NCBI GenBank assembly: GCA_000934665.2
Contig: JYFJ02003514.1
Span: forward strand, 1 to 40,890
Length of the DNA: 40,890 bases
Direction: 5' to 3'
Origin: Catajapyx aquilonaris
Lineage: Eukaryota
The stretch's first letter is position 1, and the number at the start of each line of letters is the position of its first letter. Below are positions 10,501 to 23,576 of this stretch, piece after piece. Below the pieces are notes generated by a model. It saw only the letters and a list, made by a program, of their open reading frames with translations, ran no database searches and was not told the DNA's origin. The translations under genes and the position numbers were made by a program.

Positions 10501-13500
10501 CCTCGGTAAATTTTCGACATTACAATGTAAATTTTTGTAATGTTCAAAAAGTGTAATTTTTTTGTGGGTTTTAAGTAACATTTTAACTTAAATTTGCGAT
10601 TTCTTAAACATTCCGGGTGGAATTTTCATCCCACTGCTAGTTAATTCTTACTTAACAGTAGGTACTGCTAAGTTAGCAGTAACTAGCAATCGGACGAAAA
10701 TTCGACCCATAATTTTTGTGAATTTTGCGTTTTAATGAAATCTGTGTAAATGATAGCATCTTAGTTTGATTTGTGTAATTTCTACCTTTAAATTTTGCAA
10801 AATTAAAATATTAATTTAATCAGTTTCGTTAATTTCAGAGCAAATATTTTGTGACTGTATTTGGATTTAGTGACCTGTTAGGTTTATATCCAGTGTTATA
10901 GGAGGCATTCTGCCCAAGTTGACCATCCGAAGGGTGGGCCTTTGCACCACCGAAATGATACTTTCTCATCAACTATTTGGGAACTTTGTACTGCCCCATG
11001 TTTATTTCCATTCCAGTTTTTACGATCCCGAACCCCCAGCATAAACCCGCGCCGAGGCATAATTTGGCACCCGTCCGGCCAGACCTAAAAATAGGCAACA
11101 ATGCCTCATATATGTGGATCAGACCGGGGAATGGTTATGGCCACTCTTTGGGCTTAGCTTTCTGGCCAACCAACCCTATACCCTCCCTAGGACTCTGAAG
11201 CGTATCCCTGGCTCTATATGGAAGACGGAAAAAGAATCGCCATTATATTTCCACGACTTGGTCACCGGAAATGGACCCATCAGACTTATGATTCCAGGAT
11301 GGGGTCCACCGTATCTAGTGGTCAACAGAGCATGAGAAACAGTTCTCCTTTTTTATTATCTGGTAGTTAATGCTCGGGTGCTCGGAACAGGGACAGATTC
11401 ATAATCGCCAAAAATCGAACCACCATCTGTAACGTGGGAAACAAATTATTCTTTGCAAACACTAAACGTTGAGATTAAAACAGGATATCCGTTGAACTAA
11501 ATACAGAATGCATAACCAATCTGGAAAAAACATATCGGTTAGTTTGGCAAAATGCTTAGCACCAAATCATTGCTGATATTTTGTATGATATTTTTGAAAA
11601 TTCGATTTTTTTTGATATAAATCGATGGTGGTCAAGTAAATGGCCATTACTAGGAAAGGATAGGTATCTGAGGTATCTGGGTCAGAGCAAAGGAGATGAG
11701 AAATCCGAGCTGACATTGCTTTCCACTCAATAGACGTTGGAAAAGCCCCCCACTTTTTTGTAGGAAGTAAGGATTTTCGTTTCGTTTTTTTTATCCACTC
11801 TTCCGAACCAGAGTAAAAGGTACACAGTGTCTTGCACTACTCAACTTTGTCCACACAACCTGCAGCGAAAAAAAAAAGAAGATTACAAGTCCTGGCCAAA
11901 TCTTCTTAGATGGACCCCTCCTTGCAGTAATTGGCCAATCGTGGCCTGGTGCTCTATTATTTTCTGCATCGCGGATTTTAAAAAGTGAAAGCCCTCATTT
12001 GGAAACCTCCGAAATTTGCAATCAGGGTCATGAAAACACACAGTAGCGTACGGGGAAGTGGGTAACTGTCACACAAACCGCAAGTGAAGGCTTATCCTTT
12101 ACCTTGTAATATCAATGACGCAATCAATAATTATTTGGGTATTATTAACGCACATGAAAAGAGGTTGAAAGGTTTTCATTGTCCCTGAACCCCCACACCG
12201 GGTTATGTAGGACAAATGTGAACTGTGAAATTAGCCTTACCGCTCTCCTCTAATTATAAATATTCAATCACAGCGAAGGGTAATTGCACCGGTGAGATTC
12301 GACTGGACAAACCTGTCGAAACCTAACCTCACTTTGGGTGGTGCCCTTATTGGAAAAATTATGTCATTTTAAATATTATAAAATAAATATTTGATTGGGA
12401 CTTCATAACACTATGCATATGATGTCATTACCCTTCTCTGCAACAAATATTTTCACCCTTGCACAAGTTGGTAAATGAGTGTACCAATTCGATCTGTCCA
12501 CGTATGTCGTGCCAAATCACCAGATCGGACCCGTACAAATTGCATTACTTTCTCTGTCCCAAAAAAACAGCCACAGCCCCCCGTGTCCATGTAAAGCAAT
12601 CGGCAGGTATACTCTCCCCCGTTTCCCCATTTAACACCGGATTATACGTCCCATGGAAAAAGAATTAGTGTGTCGAGAATGAGCGATCGATGGCTCGATC
12701 ATTTACAACCTTTCTACGCTCCAAGTGAAGAAGAGGGTCATAAAACCATGACGACAGCCTTTAGCTCTCGACAGGATTTCTAATTAAGCTATCGATCATA
12801 CCCTCTAGAAACAATTTTTTTTGTGTGTAAACCATCCATATGCACATCCTCTCATTACTACATAAGTTTCGCCCAACTTGCTCCCAACAGCTTGATCCTA
12901 ACAAACGACAAACACATACAAAAAAAAGAGGCGATATCAATTATCAACTTCTTGAGCAACTGCAGGGCACGAATAAACTATTGACCTGTTGAAAGACAAG
13001 CTTATGTACAATTTTTTTTTGCAACAACCATGCAATCCATGTTGCGAAAGCGCGACGATTCAATTCAGGGCGCAGAGCATCACTTTTACTTCTCACGACT
13101 GAACTAATGAAATCGTGCCTGGCTGGCAGAAAGAACGGGTTTAAAAAATGGGTATAAAACTACATCCTCTGGTATGGCCACACGCCCTCAAAAAATTTTC
13201 CTTTGTTTTTTTGAGGCCTTAGCGGTCACGGTCCGAAAAGACGTCCTTGCGTGAGACGGTTGTTTCCATGTTGAGTTTTCCTCTGCCGAATGGATGAGCT
13301 GTGCAAAATGCGATTCAGCGGCTACTTGTTGTGTCTCGTTTCCATTCAGATTTTTTTTGTTTGTTTCCAAGTGTGTGTCACGTTCCTTAACTGGATGCGA
13401 AGGTGAAAGAAGGTAACGTTGCAATTGAGGACATGCCAATTCCGATTCTCTTCGCCTCGTCCGTATCTCCAACAAGGTCGAGTTTGCGGATTTTCACTTA

Positions 13501-15419
13501 AGCAAGCGCCCATGCGTCATATCATGACAACCTGATTGCACGGTGTAGGTGAAGATGATTGTGCAGGCTATTCAGTGATAGGCTGGGGCACTCGCCCTAT
13601 GACCGCAATTAAAAAGAAAAATGTTGGACGGAATTAGAAATCATGTAAATAATGTGTGTTTTTTTTGTAAACTAATGCATAAAATATTACAGTGAAACAC
13701 TTATGTCAGGATCAGGTCTGTATGAAAAACGGACTTAAAGGACACGAAAGAGAAAACGGCTACCAGTCAGTGATTAATACACACGATGACGTGACTCAAC
13801 AAGAAAGTGCATCATTTCCGTCCACGCATCCTAGTTGCTCCACATACCCTGATTGTAGACTTAAACAAACGCACAGTTAGAGCAAGAAAATGCGACATTT
13901 TCAACCCTGATTTCCGGCCCGCAGTCGCCTCTTGAATTCAATCAGGTGTACTTGAAGCCAGGCGTGAGAGAAAGGCACATGACTCGGGCCATTACTTTTC
14001 ACTACTACCCCAGCTTTCGTCGCGACAACACGTTCCCCGATAAATCGATTGTGGACTTCTGGCTTTGTTCCATCTTCACACAATGCAATCGCCAAATCGT
14101 GGGCCGTTTTCTACTACCCCCCCTTTTCGACACACTAGCTTTTAAAACCCTCTCTTCGCGCGCGACTGAATAACAACTAGAGCACACACCAGGTCCTTCT
14201 CTCTCCCAAAAAATCTCGAGCACTCCATAAGCTCCAGGTGGATTTTCTCAGCAATGCAAGAATGGGAAGAGGAAGAGCCCGAGGGGCAACTCCAAGGGCC
14301 ATTCCGGAGGCCCGTCCCCGTCGTGTGAATGTTCTCGGTCAGCATTCCTGCCATTAGATTCCATTTTTTCTCTCTCTTCCTTCCCAATTTTTTTGTGTCG
14401 GCCCCTGTAATTTTATTCCGGCTTAAACCTATTGTTAGCGGTGATTCTCCCCCAATTACCGGCTTTTGATTGTTGTAAGCACAAGCTCTAGGCCCCCCTT
14501 CCCGATCGACAATTTCTGTCCCTTTTTCCTGGAAAATATGAAATAATTAAGTAATAATGAAAAATCTGGAGTCACTCTCATATGATGCAGGAAATTGGCT
14601 GGTAGTTATCGGGTCCCTAGAGAGAGAGAGAGCCTTGCATTCTTATGAAAGTGGAGAGTTTAATATTTTATTACAGCCCACCGATATTTCTGAGAACTCT
14701 CCATGCAGCGTGTTATTAACCGCTTTACTCTGATTTAAACCACCTGGGCTATTAACATTCCATAATGCTGTTGCAGGACAACTTTCCTGCTTCCAATACC
14801 CGGTGTATACCACCTGAACGTAATGAGTCGGGTCCAACACGACTGAAAGTACGTGTTTATATTTATACACTATTATTAAATTGTAGCTGATTTATTTTGT
14901 TGTAATTTTGTTGCGTCTGTTTTTTTTGCTGTTTGCCAATGTATTATTCCTAATGTTCTTTTATACGATACAGTACGATAGTGTACAATACACGCTATAG
15001 TTTTATACAAAGGCTATATTGCTTTATTACTGTATTAGTAATTTGTCACTGATGCTTATTTTCTTTCTTTTCTTCCAACTTATTTTGCGCATGTCAATTT
15101 CTATGAATATTTGCACGTTTTTAATCTTCTACAATGCAATGCTGTGCAATGTATTATTCCTGAATTTTAGTTTTACTTACTTTATCTCATGTTAATTTTC
15201 ATACCATTTCCTTATATCATTTAAATAATTTATTTTTACTTCACTATTTCATTTTAGTATTTATTAAATCATGCTTAAAAATCGCGCCCACTTCATCTGT
15301 ACGCCAATCGGAAGCGGATCCGACTCTCTAAATAAACACCCGGAGAAAGCAAGTGATGAACCCAAATAACAGGTCGACTCGGGAAGGTGTAAGAATATAA
15401 AAAAGGTCCCCCCCCCCCC

Positions 15420-15428
15420 NNNNNNNNN
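15420..15428. other. Assembly gap (9 N) next to a poly-C run
   Basis: Ns are visible directly. A single further N lies at 35315, also inside a poly-C run. Confidence 0.98.
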
Positions 15429-16143
15429 TCTCTTTTGTGTTGGGTCCTCTGGCACGGCAAAGAGGTTCAGACTCAGCTGGGAATGGGAGGGGTGAAGCCA
15501 ACACCTGAAAAACAGCACGTTCACGCCGAGCTACATGACTCAAGAACACGGAACGTTACTTTGCACCCATATCGCTCTCGCCCAGCCTTCGTATCAGTGC
15601 CTGCATGTGAACCTCCATTACTTACATCGTCTCCTCGTGTCTTGCATATGGATGAGCACGGGGTTGCCACCTTCGCAGGATAATGCAGAAACTCGCGCTC
15701 GACTCATTTTTTGGCACACCCTGTATACGCATCCCTCTTGTGAGGGACATTCTGGCTCAAAAGCGGGTTTGATCACATTTAATTGGGGAGGTGTGTGCAG
15801 TTTTCAGGCTGGATTCGGGTTGTTTCTGCGTGTGACAAAAATGTCAACAATGCCCCTTCCCCAGTCCGTTAACAGCCTTCCCTGACTAGTTCGCCTTTCT
15901 CCATCCGCGACGTCATTAAAATAACTGTGGGAGTAGTCCCTTTGAAGTCTCCATGCAAGCCCCATTTGGACCGGGCTTTAAAATCTCTGTTTACTTCTCT
16001 CCTACCAGGTCTCCCTCAAAAGCATAATTTTCCGATAAAAATCATTTTCAGCCAACATACGAGCAAATTACCACATGTGAACAACAATTAAATGTATTGT
16101 TAATTATGCTCCAATTTACATTTGTGTATTGCCCATGTGGTAC

Positions 16144-16191
16144 ATTATTATTATTATTATTGTTGTTGTTGTTGTTGTTATTATTATTATT
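16144..16191. repeat. Compound microsatellite (ATT)n(GTT)n(ATT)n
   Basis: Read directly; it accounts for the poly-Leu in ORF 16097..16330. Confidence 0.95.
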
Positions 16192-19100
16192 GTGCACATG
16201 TCACACATCTTCAGGTAGACTATTATGCAACACTATTTTGCACACATTTGCTGAAAATGGATCCATAATAATTGATGGAATCGATGAAATCAGACATCAA
16301 ATTCCATTACAAAGGTGCGCATTTTGTTAAAAAAATATGTGGGGATAATCCGGGGGAAAACACACTCTTCAACGCCAAATGGCACATAATCAGCGATCCG
16401 GTTAATGGGTATCGTTTTAATCATCGATGTGGAGATTTACAACATGATTGGGTCGGGGGAGTGTCCGTCTTTCAGGCCTAACATGACAAACACATTTCAT
16501 TACTAAAATTGCGCGATAATTCCCCAGCCCACATTAGTCCAATCGGTTTGGTTGCTGTTGCGGCACGGGACGGCTGTTTGCCCACTGGTCAAGGGTCACT
16601 GGGGCCCAAACCGATCCCAAAACAATGAGAATAGAACACTCGCGAGGGAAACCACCAACATTATCCTGAAGTAAGGCAGGCGTAACCTGTTACATGTGAA
16701 GCAACTATTTTTCAAAACAACCAAAATAATAATTGGCAAGTAAATAAACAGTGGTGCGTTTGAAGGATATGATGGGGCAACCATAAGATAATGAAAACGT
16801 GCATTAAAATCGTTCTTCTGTAAACTGAGCTCTTGGGAGAACCGCGTTGCAAACCATGTCGCACGTTACCTTACGGCGTGGCGCCCAAATCGGGTGAAAG
16901 TTGAAGCCCCGTGACATTCACGGTTGGGAAGTGTTTCGTGGGTTATGAAGGGGCTCCACTTCCCAACCTTCTCCCGAGCCTACATTTTTAAGTTTTTTTT
17001 TACAGAGTCCCCTTTCCCTCAAGTATTTCGCCACAATCGTAAGGAAGTGCGGCGGAGCTATATCAGGTATACCGAGGGTGAGTTTAAAACTTGGGTCATT
17101 ACCTCCTCCTGCAGCGTATGAGGAGGCCATCAAAAGGGCTGTAAAATAATGCTCTTTCCGAGCAGACTATTAAGCGGAAAAATGTCACGGGGAGTAAAGC
17201 GTGAACTTGTGTTGCCTAGTGGAGGAGAACCTACTGCCGTCTTCCGCCATAACGATATCCCCCTTTTAGGTTAATGGCCCTACCATGCCTATATGACAAT
17301 TGTCCCGCTCCATCTGGCGCCCTCTGTCAGGACGCCATCGCATCAGATCCGCCATATTTGGTCTGCTGATGACAAACTGACCAGAATCCTTTGAGGACCA
17401 AAGAGTCAACTGACAGCCTAATGCAATGCATGATCCGCATGGATGCAGCAGAAAGCGCGTTTTACATGTGACAAACACACTGTACAACTGAAAGCTCCGG
17501 TAAAATAAATCACGGCTCTTCCTGAGGGAAACCCCCCTCCTCCTCAAAAAAAAAACTCTTCCCTATTTCCAATTTGTCTGTTAAATTGAAGGGAAAAAAA
17601 ATTCCTTGCGTGCCCGATTCTGTCTTCGGGAGTTCCAGGACTAGGGGAGAGAAGTAGTCGAGGGGAAATGGGATCCCTTCGATAGCAATTTGTTCTCAAT
17701 CAGCTCTCAGCTTCTTTTTCCTCTCCTCCCCCCCTGAAGCAGCTTAGGACTTTGGAGCTGCTTTGACAAGGGATGGGCAGATCCCAACGCAGCTTCATTA
17801 TCCGTCTTAAACGTCTTGCTAGCCATTTTGATTAACCAACTCAAATCTCAGCCACATTGCTATTTCCTAGAATTCACGATGCAAAAATCTTTCCAGGTCT
17901 GCAAGTCCTTTTGTGTAGATTTTGAATTAGCACAAAAAGGCCACACATGTAGCAGCGGTCCTACACGGTGCATGGAATGGTCAAAAAAAGGTACAGTATT
18001 ATATATATGGTAAAAACCACGCCTGTTTTTGAAAGCCGCCTTTTCTTTGGGGCGGAGAGGGCGAAACGGTATGAAAACCTTTCATCACGGAGGCGTGAAA
18101 ACTTTTTGATGGAGATGAAACTACTGCCTACAAATTTTTTTTCCTACTAAAATTTTTTAAAACTCCATGCCATAGTTGGGGTGTATGGTCTCCACACATA
18201 GGTATAACGAGCCAAATGACAACCCAGGCCAGGGTTGGAGAATCATTGGTGCGACAGGTGAAGGACTGGGAGTGGTTACATAGTCGAAAATTTTGGGGGG
18301 CTCCAGTCCTTTCGCCGCTTTGTAATTTGGACACCGACAGAACCTGTCTTTACGTGTGGGCGGAGGGGGTGGCAAGATCCTGTCTCGAAAAAAGGGTTAT
18401 ACCAGTTTCAAGTAAAAAAAAAAGAGTACATTGTCAGTGTGGTACCAATGTCAGGGTCGGGGAATGATGGGATTACAGGGTATAAATGTAGGGATGTGTC
18501 ACACATCTTACGTGCATATTGACGTGGACATTTTATTTTTAACCGGGGGGATAAACATCAGGTAATCCTGCGGGAGGTCCGGAATAGCCTGAACCTTCCC
18601 ATGACCTATTTCCGGGAGGGATATATCCCCCGCATTGATATGAAATTGAACCGGATTTTCCTATTAGGATTAATTATCGGTGTGTTTCTCCTGCCGCATT
18701 AGATGTAACGCGAGAGGTTTCCAATAATGAAAACGCACGTTCTTGCCATATCATTTCATTGTCTGCTTACTAATGGGCTCTGGCTGGGATAAATATCCTG
18801 TAATGTATACCGTCTATATGCAAATTTATGTGTAAATTAATCATAATAACTGATTTATGAATAAATAGAGATGTTAATATTTGGCGATTTAATTTTTGCC
18901 TCTTTTACATAAAATTCCTCCAGCGGGCCATAGCTCCGACCTTAGCAGATCAAAACCACATGCCAATTTCCTAGCCAAAAAATAGGCCCAGTCAGCTGAT
19001 GTTTTTCAGGTCTGGAAAAATCGGCGCCCTGTGTTTTCCCGAAAGAATTCTAGGCGTTTGCGGCTTTGACATCGTGATCGAAATGGGCCAATTTTTCGCC

Positions 19101-19964
19101 CCGTCCCTTATTGCTCGTGTCGCCCTTTTTTCTCCACCATTCCCTACAATGCTCTACTTCCTTGCCAAAACATTTCTGCAATTCGAAAACACAGTCCTGT
19201 CTCTTACAATTGGCGAACCAGGACCAACAACCCTTGGTATATAAAAAAAAGGTGGTGCTTTCGTTCTGCATTCACGGTTACTTTCCACCTTTGCGGTGTC
19301 TGGGTCTCCACATGTTTTTGGCCCTCGTGATTTTTCGCCAAGATCCTGTCACGGAGAAAAACCTAAAAGGATTACACTGCCTTTTCACACGGGCATTCAG
19401 TTTCACGAAAGGAGCAAGGGCCGGCCCCCTCGATATTTTTTATATATAAGACTTGAGTCTAAAGGTATCAAAAATCCAAGTCATGCCGACTTCACCTACA
19501 GACCCAGATCATGAAGTCTGATCGTGACCAAAAGGTGGTGAACCGTAAAACATATTAATAAAAACCAGGGCGAGGCTATATTTTTGTCGCGATCTCCCCA
19601 TTGGTGAATTCCTCCACGAAAATTTTCCCAGCATTTTTTTCTTATTTTCTTACAACCCTCAATCTTCCCCGGAAACACGCAGAAGGCACGTGGTTTACTC
19701 AAAGAACCAAGCATGGGAACGGGCCAGAGTTGTTTTTTAACCCTCCGAAGGCGGGGAGATAATATTCAGGTGGGCAATAGAGCGATTGAGAAGAGGATGA
19801 CCCTTCTTGCACGGACGTCTGGAGCAGAGTTTCTTCGAAGGAAGGCTAAGTCTGGTCCTCTTGAAGGAAAAATTGGGGGTGGTTGATTGACCTGATCTGT
19901 TGAGTTGCACGAAGGTATACAAGTCATGAATGGCTCCAAAGGAGGTATTCACATTCATGCCCTG

Positions 19965-20167
19965 AAATGCATAAAAATATGCAGGACCAATGGATTCAAT
20001 GCATAAAAATAATGCAATAATGTATATAAATTTATGTACTGTAATGCATTAAAATGTGCAGGCCTGAAGGTATATACACTTGGTGCATTAAAAAATTCGG
20101 GACAATTTTTCAATTGATATATATCGGATTTTTCAACCATTTGTCGTCCTTTTTTGGCTGGACCCTG
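19965..20167. mobile_element. DNA-transposon remnants: ATGCATAAAA repeats followed by a possible ~90-bp mariner-like mini-element
   Basis: TGCAT(A/T)AAAA recurs four times in 19965-20096. Segment 20077-20167 has TA|CACTTGGTGCATTAAAAAATTCGGGACAA loosely matching the reverse complement of the right end, CAGGGTCCAGCCAAAAAAGGACGACAA. Confidence 0.35.
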
Positions 20168-22624
20168 TGCTGTTCTTAATAATTTAGATTTCTTACGAGA
20201 AGAGAGGCAGCATTTGGGTGCTAATTTATGCTAATTAAGTGTCCGAGACAGATGGGCTTCATCATTTTTTTATATGCCACCCTTTGAGAGAGAGAGGACT
20301 CCCATCTGCTGCAGGGCTGCCAATATAACTTTTTGTTATAAAATGGCTGAAAAATGAACTTGGCCAAAATGGTACGTGTCCTTGCAAAAACGGCAGAGTC
20401 ATCCTAATAAACCGGGCATAAGTGTCCCCTTCCACAAGCACATAACCGCCCCTAATAAACGCCTGATAGTGTCGACATGAGAAATGACTAGGAAGTTGAA
20501 GAGTTGGCGTCTGGCGAAATGGAAACCAGTTATGTACCATTGAGGAGATGTTGTACACAACCCCAAGGCGCCACTTGAGCCGGGCCGAAACACCACTCCT
20601 TTCGGGTCCAAAGAGAGGCTACAAAACTCCTTGTTATTGCCACCTAGCAGTAAAGCCATGCAATTTCTCACTGAGGGGGCTACTACTATACACTCTTTTT
20701 CCGAGGCGACCAGGACCAATCAGCGAGCTCCATCTCATGCAAATGGATGTCGAGGTGATATCTTATTGATGACGCCAGTTGGACGTACAGCATATGCTAA
20801 CTAACAAGTTCTAACAAGTCCGGACTCCTACTCGCTAAGGTGCAAAAAAAAGTGGGAAAGAAAAATTAGGAAACGTGTTTACGACTCCTGATGCCACTTA
20901 TTACATAGGGTATGCTTATCGCGGATCCCATGCCATGGTGTCGCAACTCAATACGCCGCATGTGTCCACTCGGAGAATCAATCACAAAACGGACCAAAAA
21001 TGGCGCAGGTTACAAAAAAAAATGACACAAATTAACCCAACCTATACTAATACAGTTAGTTCATCTGCTCATAAAAATCACCATATTTCAAAAATTAACA
21101 TAATAATTCAGGCATGCCTAAGATATTCCCCCATTTTTGTCACAATAATATTTTGACTGGCCCTTGCCAATTACACCGTCTTGGGTCTCACGGTCCGACA
21201 TTTCGAGTCCGCCCAAAACAAAGCTCCATCCTCAGAAAAGACCTCCGGAATTAATCTCTGATTGCATCTACCAGATGCCTTCTGGGAGTTAACAAGTAGG
21301 GAGGTCTCCAAAAAAGAAGGGGACAAAATTGCTTCGTTTTTTTTTGTCGTTGGAGAATCCCATATCTTCTGAATGTATCTCAAGTCTGGGTCCAAAACTC
21401 TGAAGAGAAAAAAAAACTAACCGCAGTTAGTGCTCATATAATGGAGACCAAAGTGTGTCCATCGATAAGTTTTGGGGGCCGGAAACTCAAATCCTGTGGG
21501 CTGCCCGTAAATCCTTCCTTTTTCTAGCCTCCTTGTCCTCCACTCCATTACTTGTCCATTTACTGTGGGTATACCCCAAGCCCCTGTCTTCTGCAGAGGA
21601 ATGCAGCAGAGGGGCTGGGGGTAGAAATCCTGCTCATTCCAGTCAAAAGGAGGGGGCTACAGTTACCCGCGGAGATGGCGGACATTTGCTGTCGACTTTG
21701 GTTAGGTTTTATTTTCCAGCCTCAGCTGTATTTTAAACCTCTTCCAGCCAGCGGATTTTTCCAGATCAAATTGCTGGGGTTCTGGGCACTGTACCAGCCC
21801 TAGTGTATAGTAATCGCTCATAAATAGGAAATTCTCGGCGGAATAGCCTGTACAGTGTACAGTGGCATGGTAATGCCAGGCTCTATTGATAGCAAGTTAC
21901 AGTCATCTGGGATCAAGTTTCGGAGAACTGACAACAAGGATCAGAATGGTGCGATTAAATTAATAATTAAATGCTGAACTAATGAGTGGACCATCTCCAA
22001 AAAAAAACTAAGCTGAATAATGACGCCGAATTATTCCGTCCCCAATTTCCAGGAATAATTACTGGACATTTGTCAGCATTAGCCTACTATTTTGTAGCGA
22101 GACACTAGCGACGCCTTAGGTTGAATAATTGGACCGGCAGCGACGCTCCCGGCCGCCTCCGCAAACAATACGGCCATTCAGAAGTTAGATTAGTAAATGT
22201 AGGTTACATGATGGGTTATGACCGGCTCAATTAATCGAGTACCTACTACACGCCAGGCTCAAAGTGGTATTTCATACGGCACACCAGGCACCCCTGCATC
22301 CTGTCTGGAGGGAGCTCCAACTTGTATTTTTGCCTTGAAGCATCAGGCAGCATTCCCCGATAACTCCTCCATTCCGGCCCCCATCACGAAAACCGAGGTC
22401 GTCCGGCCCCCCTTTTTTTCTCCAACGGGTTTTCTGGCCCCGGTGCAGCATGCAACTTAAATAATCCCACGTGTTAAAAATATAGTCCACATCAGGAAAC
22501 TTGAATAATAATAAAAAATCTTTCCGCAACAATGATACCCAACTTGCGAAACATTTAATATTGCGATTCGGACATGTGGTTTTTTGCGCAAGACTTGTTG
22601 CCGTCCTGTCACAGGCAATTGCTT

Positions 22625-22642
22625 GGGCGGGGGCGGGTTGGG
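22625..22642 (+). other. G-quadruplex motif GGGCGGGGGCGGGTTGGG
   Basis: Four G-runs of at least 3, with loops of 1-2 nt. Confidence 0.55.
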
Positions 22643-23090
22643 TTTAGATATAGTGGTCCTCTGAGGTCGTAATGTTGCGGTGTTGAACCACCCAGTGCGA
22701 AGCTCCCATGTTGTGCAGCAACAGCAGCCTTGGGTTTTGGTCAGCAGCCCACATTGACCAACAGAGCTGGGCGAGGGCCAAAATGTTGCCGGAGATTTAT
22801 CCTGGTATGACACCCCCCCTGTACTACTATATGACGCCTCTAGTTTGTAACCCATACAGATCTTCACATGTAAGCACACAAAAAATGGCGTTACTTGACC
22901 AGTCCCGCAGAGAAGCTCCAAAACCCGAACTACAGGAATCAAAGTGCCAAGCACGGCACCGATATAAATTACGACTAGGATTTTCCACTACTCCAGCACC
23001 GTAAAAATGTTCAATTACCTGTTCGACAGCGATGCTTCGGCCGGTACTTGCACAGTAAGAAGAAAAGCCCGAAATGAGCTGGGAAAAACT

Positions 23091-23576
23091 ACACTAGCAA
23101 CGCCTAGCGCCTGGAGAAATTACTATTGGGCGAAATTAGTCGTAATAGTAGTGACTATCTGTCAACTAGAGCACCCGTAGCCAAAATTTGGCAAGTCCTG
23201 ATGATTTAGTGCCGTGATCAGAAGGTGGCAGCACTCACCAGGGGCTCTTCTATCTTTCCGCCGCGATCAGAAGGTGGCAGCACTCACCGGGAACAGTTCT
23301 CCTTCCGGAGCGTTACGGAGGCGAAAAAATAAGGCTATTATTATAGGGGGAATTCAGTTTAATTTTAAGGTTTAATTCGCTGTCGTAGGGTATGATAAAT
23401 ATGATATGAATTCCATTTTAATTTTAATGCGACTTTAATGGAAGAAACACACATGGAGCATTATGGCACAGTAGTGACACCTGGCGAGCACATTGCACCA
23501 CCAGCGACACCTAGCGGAAAAAATTACGCCTCAGTAGTGACACCAAGCGGGAGGTTGTCGCAACTAACGAGCATCA
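23091..23576. repeat. Composite repeat block with a 29-bp direct repeat and several CTCF-like motifs
   Basis: GCCGYGATCAGAAGGTGGCAGCACTCACC at 23211-23239 and 23260-23288 (1 mismatch). AGYGACACCWRGCG units at ~23473, ~23503 and ~23536. Segments 23091-23176 and 23499-23576 are diverged copies of each other. Confidence 0.7.

Noticed and set aside
16097..16330. Poly-Leu signal or membrane peptide
   Set aside because: It is produced by the compound ATT/GTT microsatellite.
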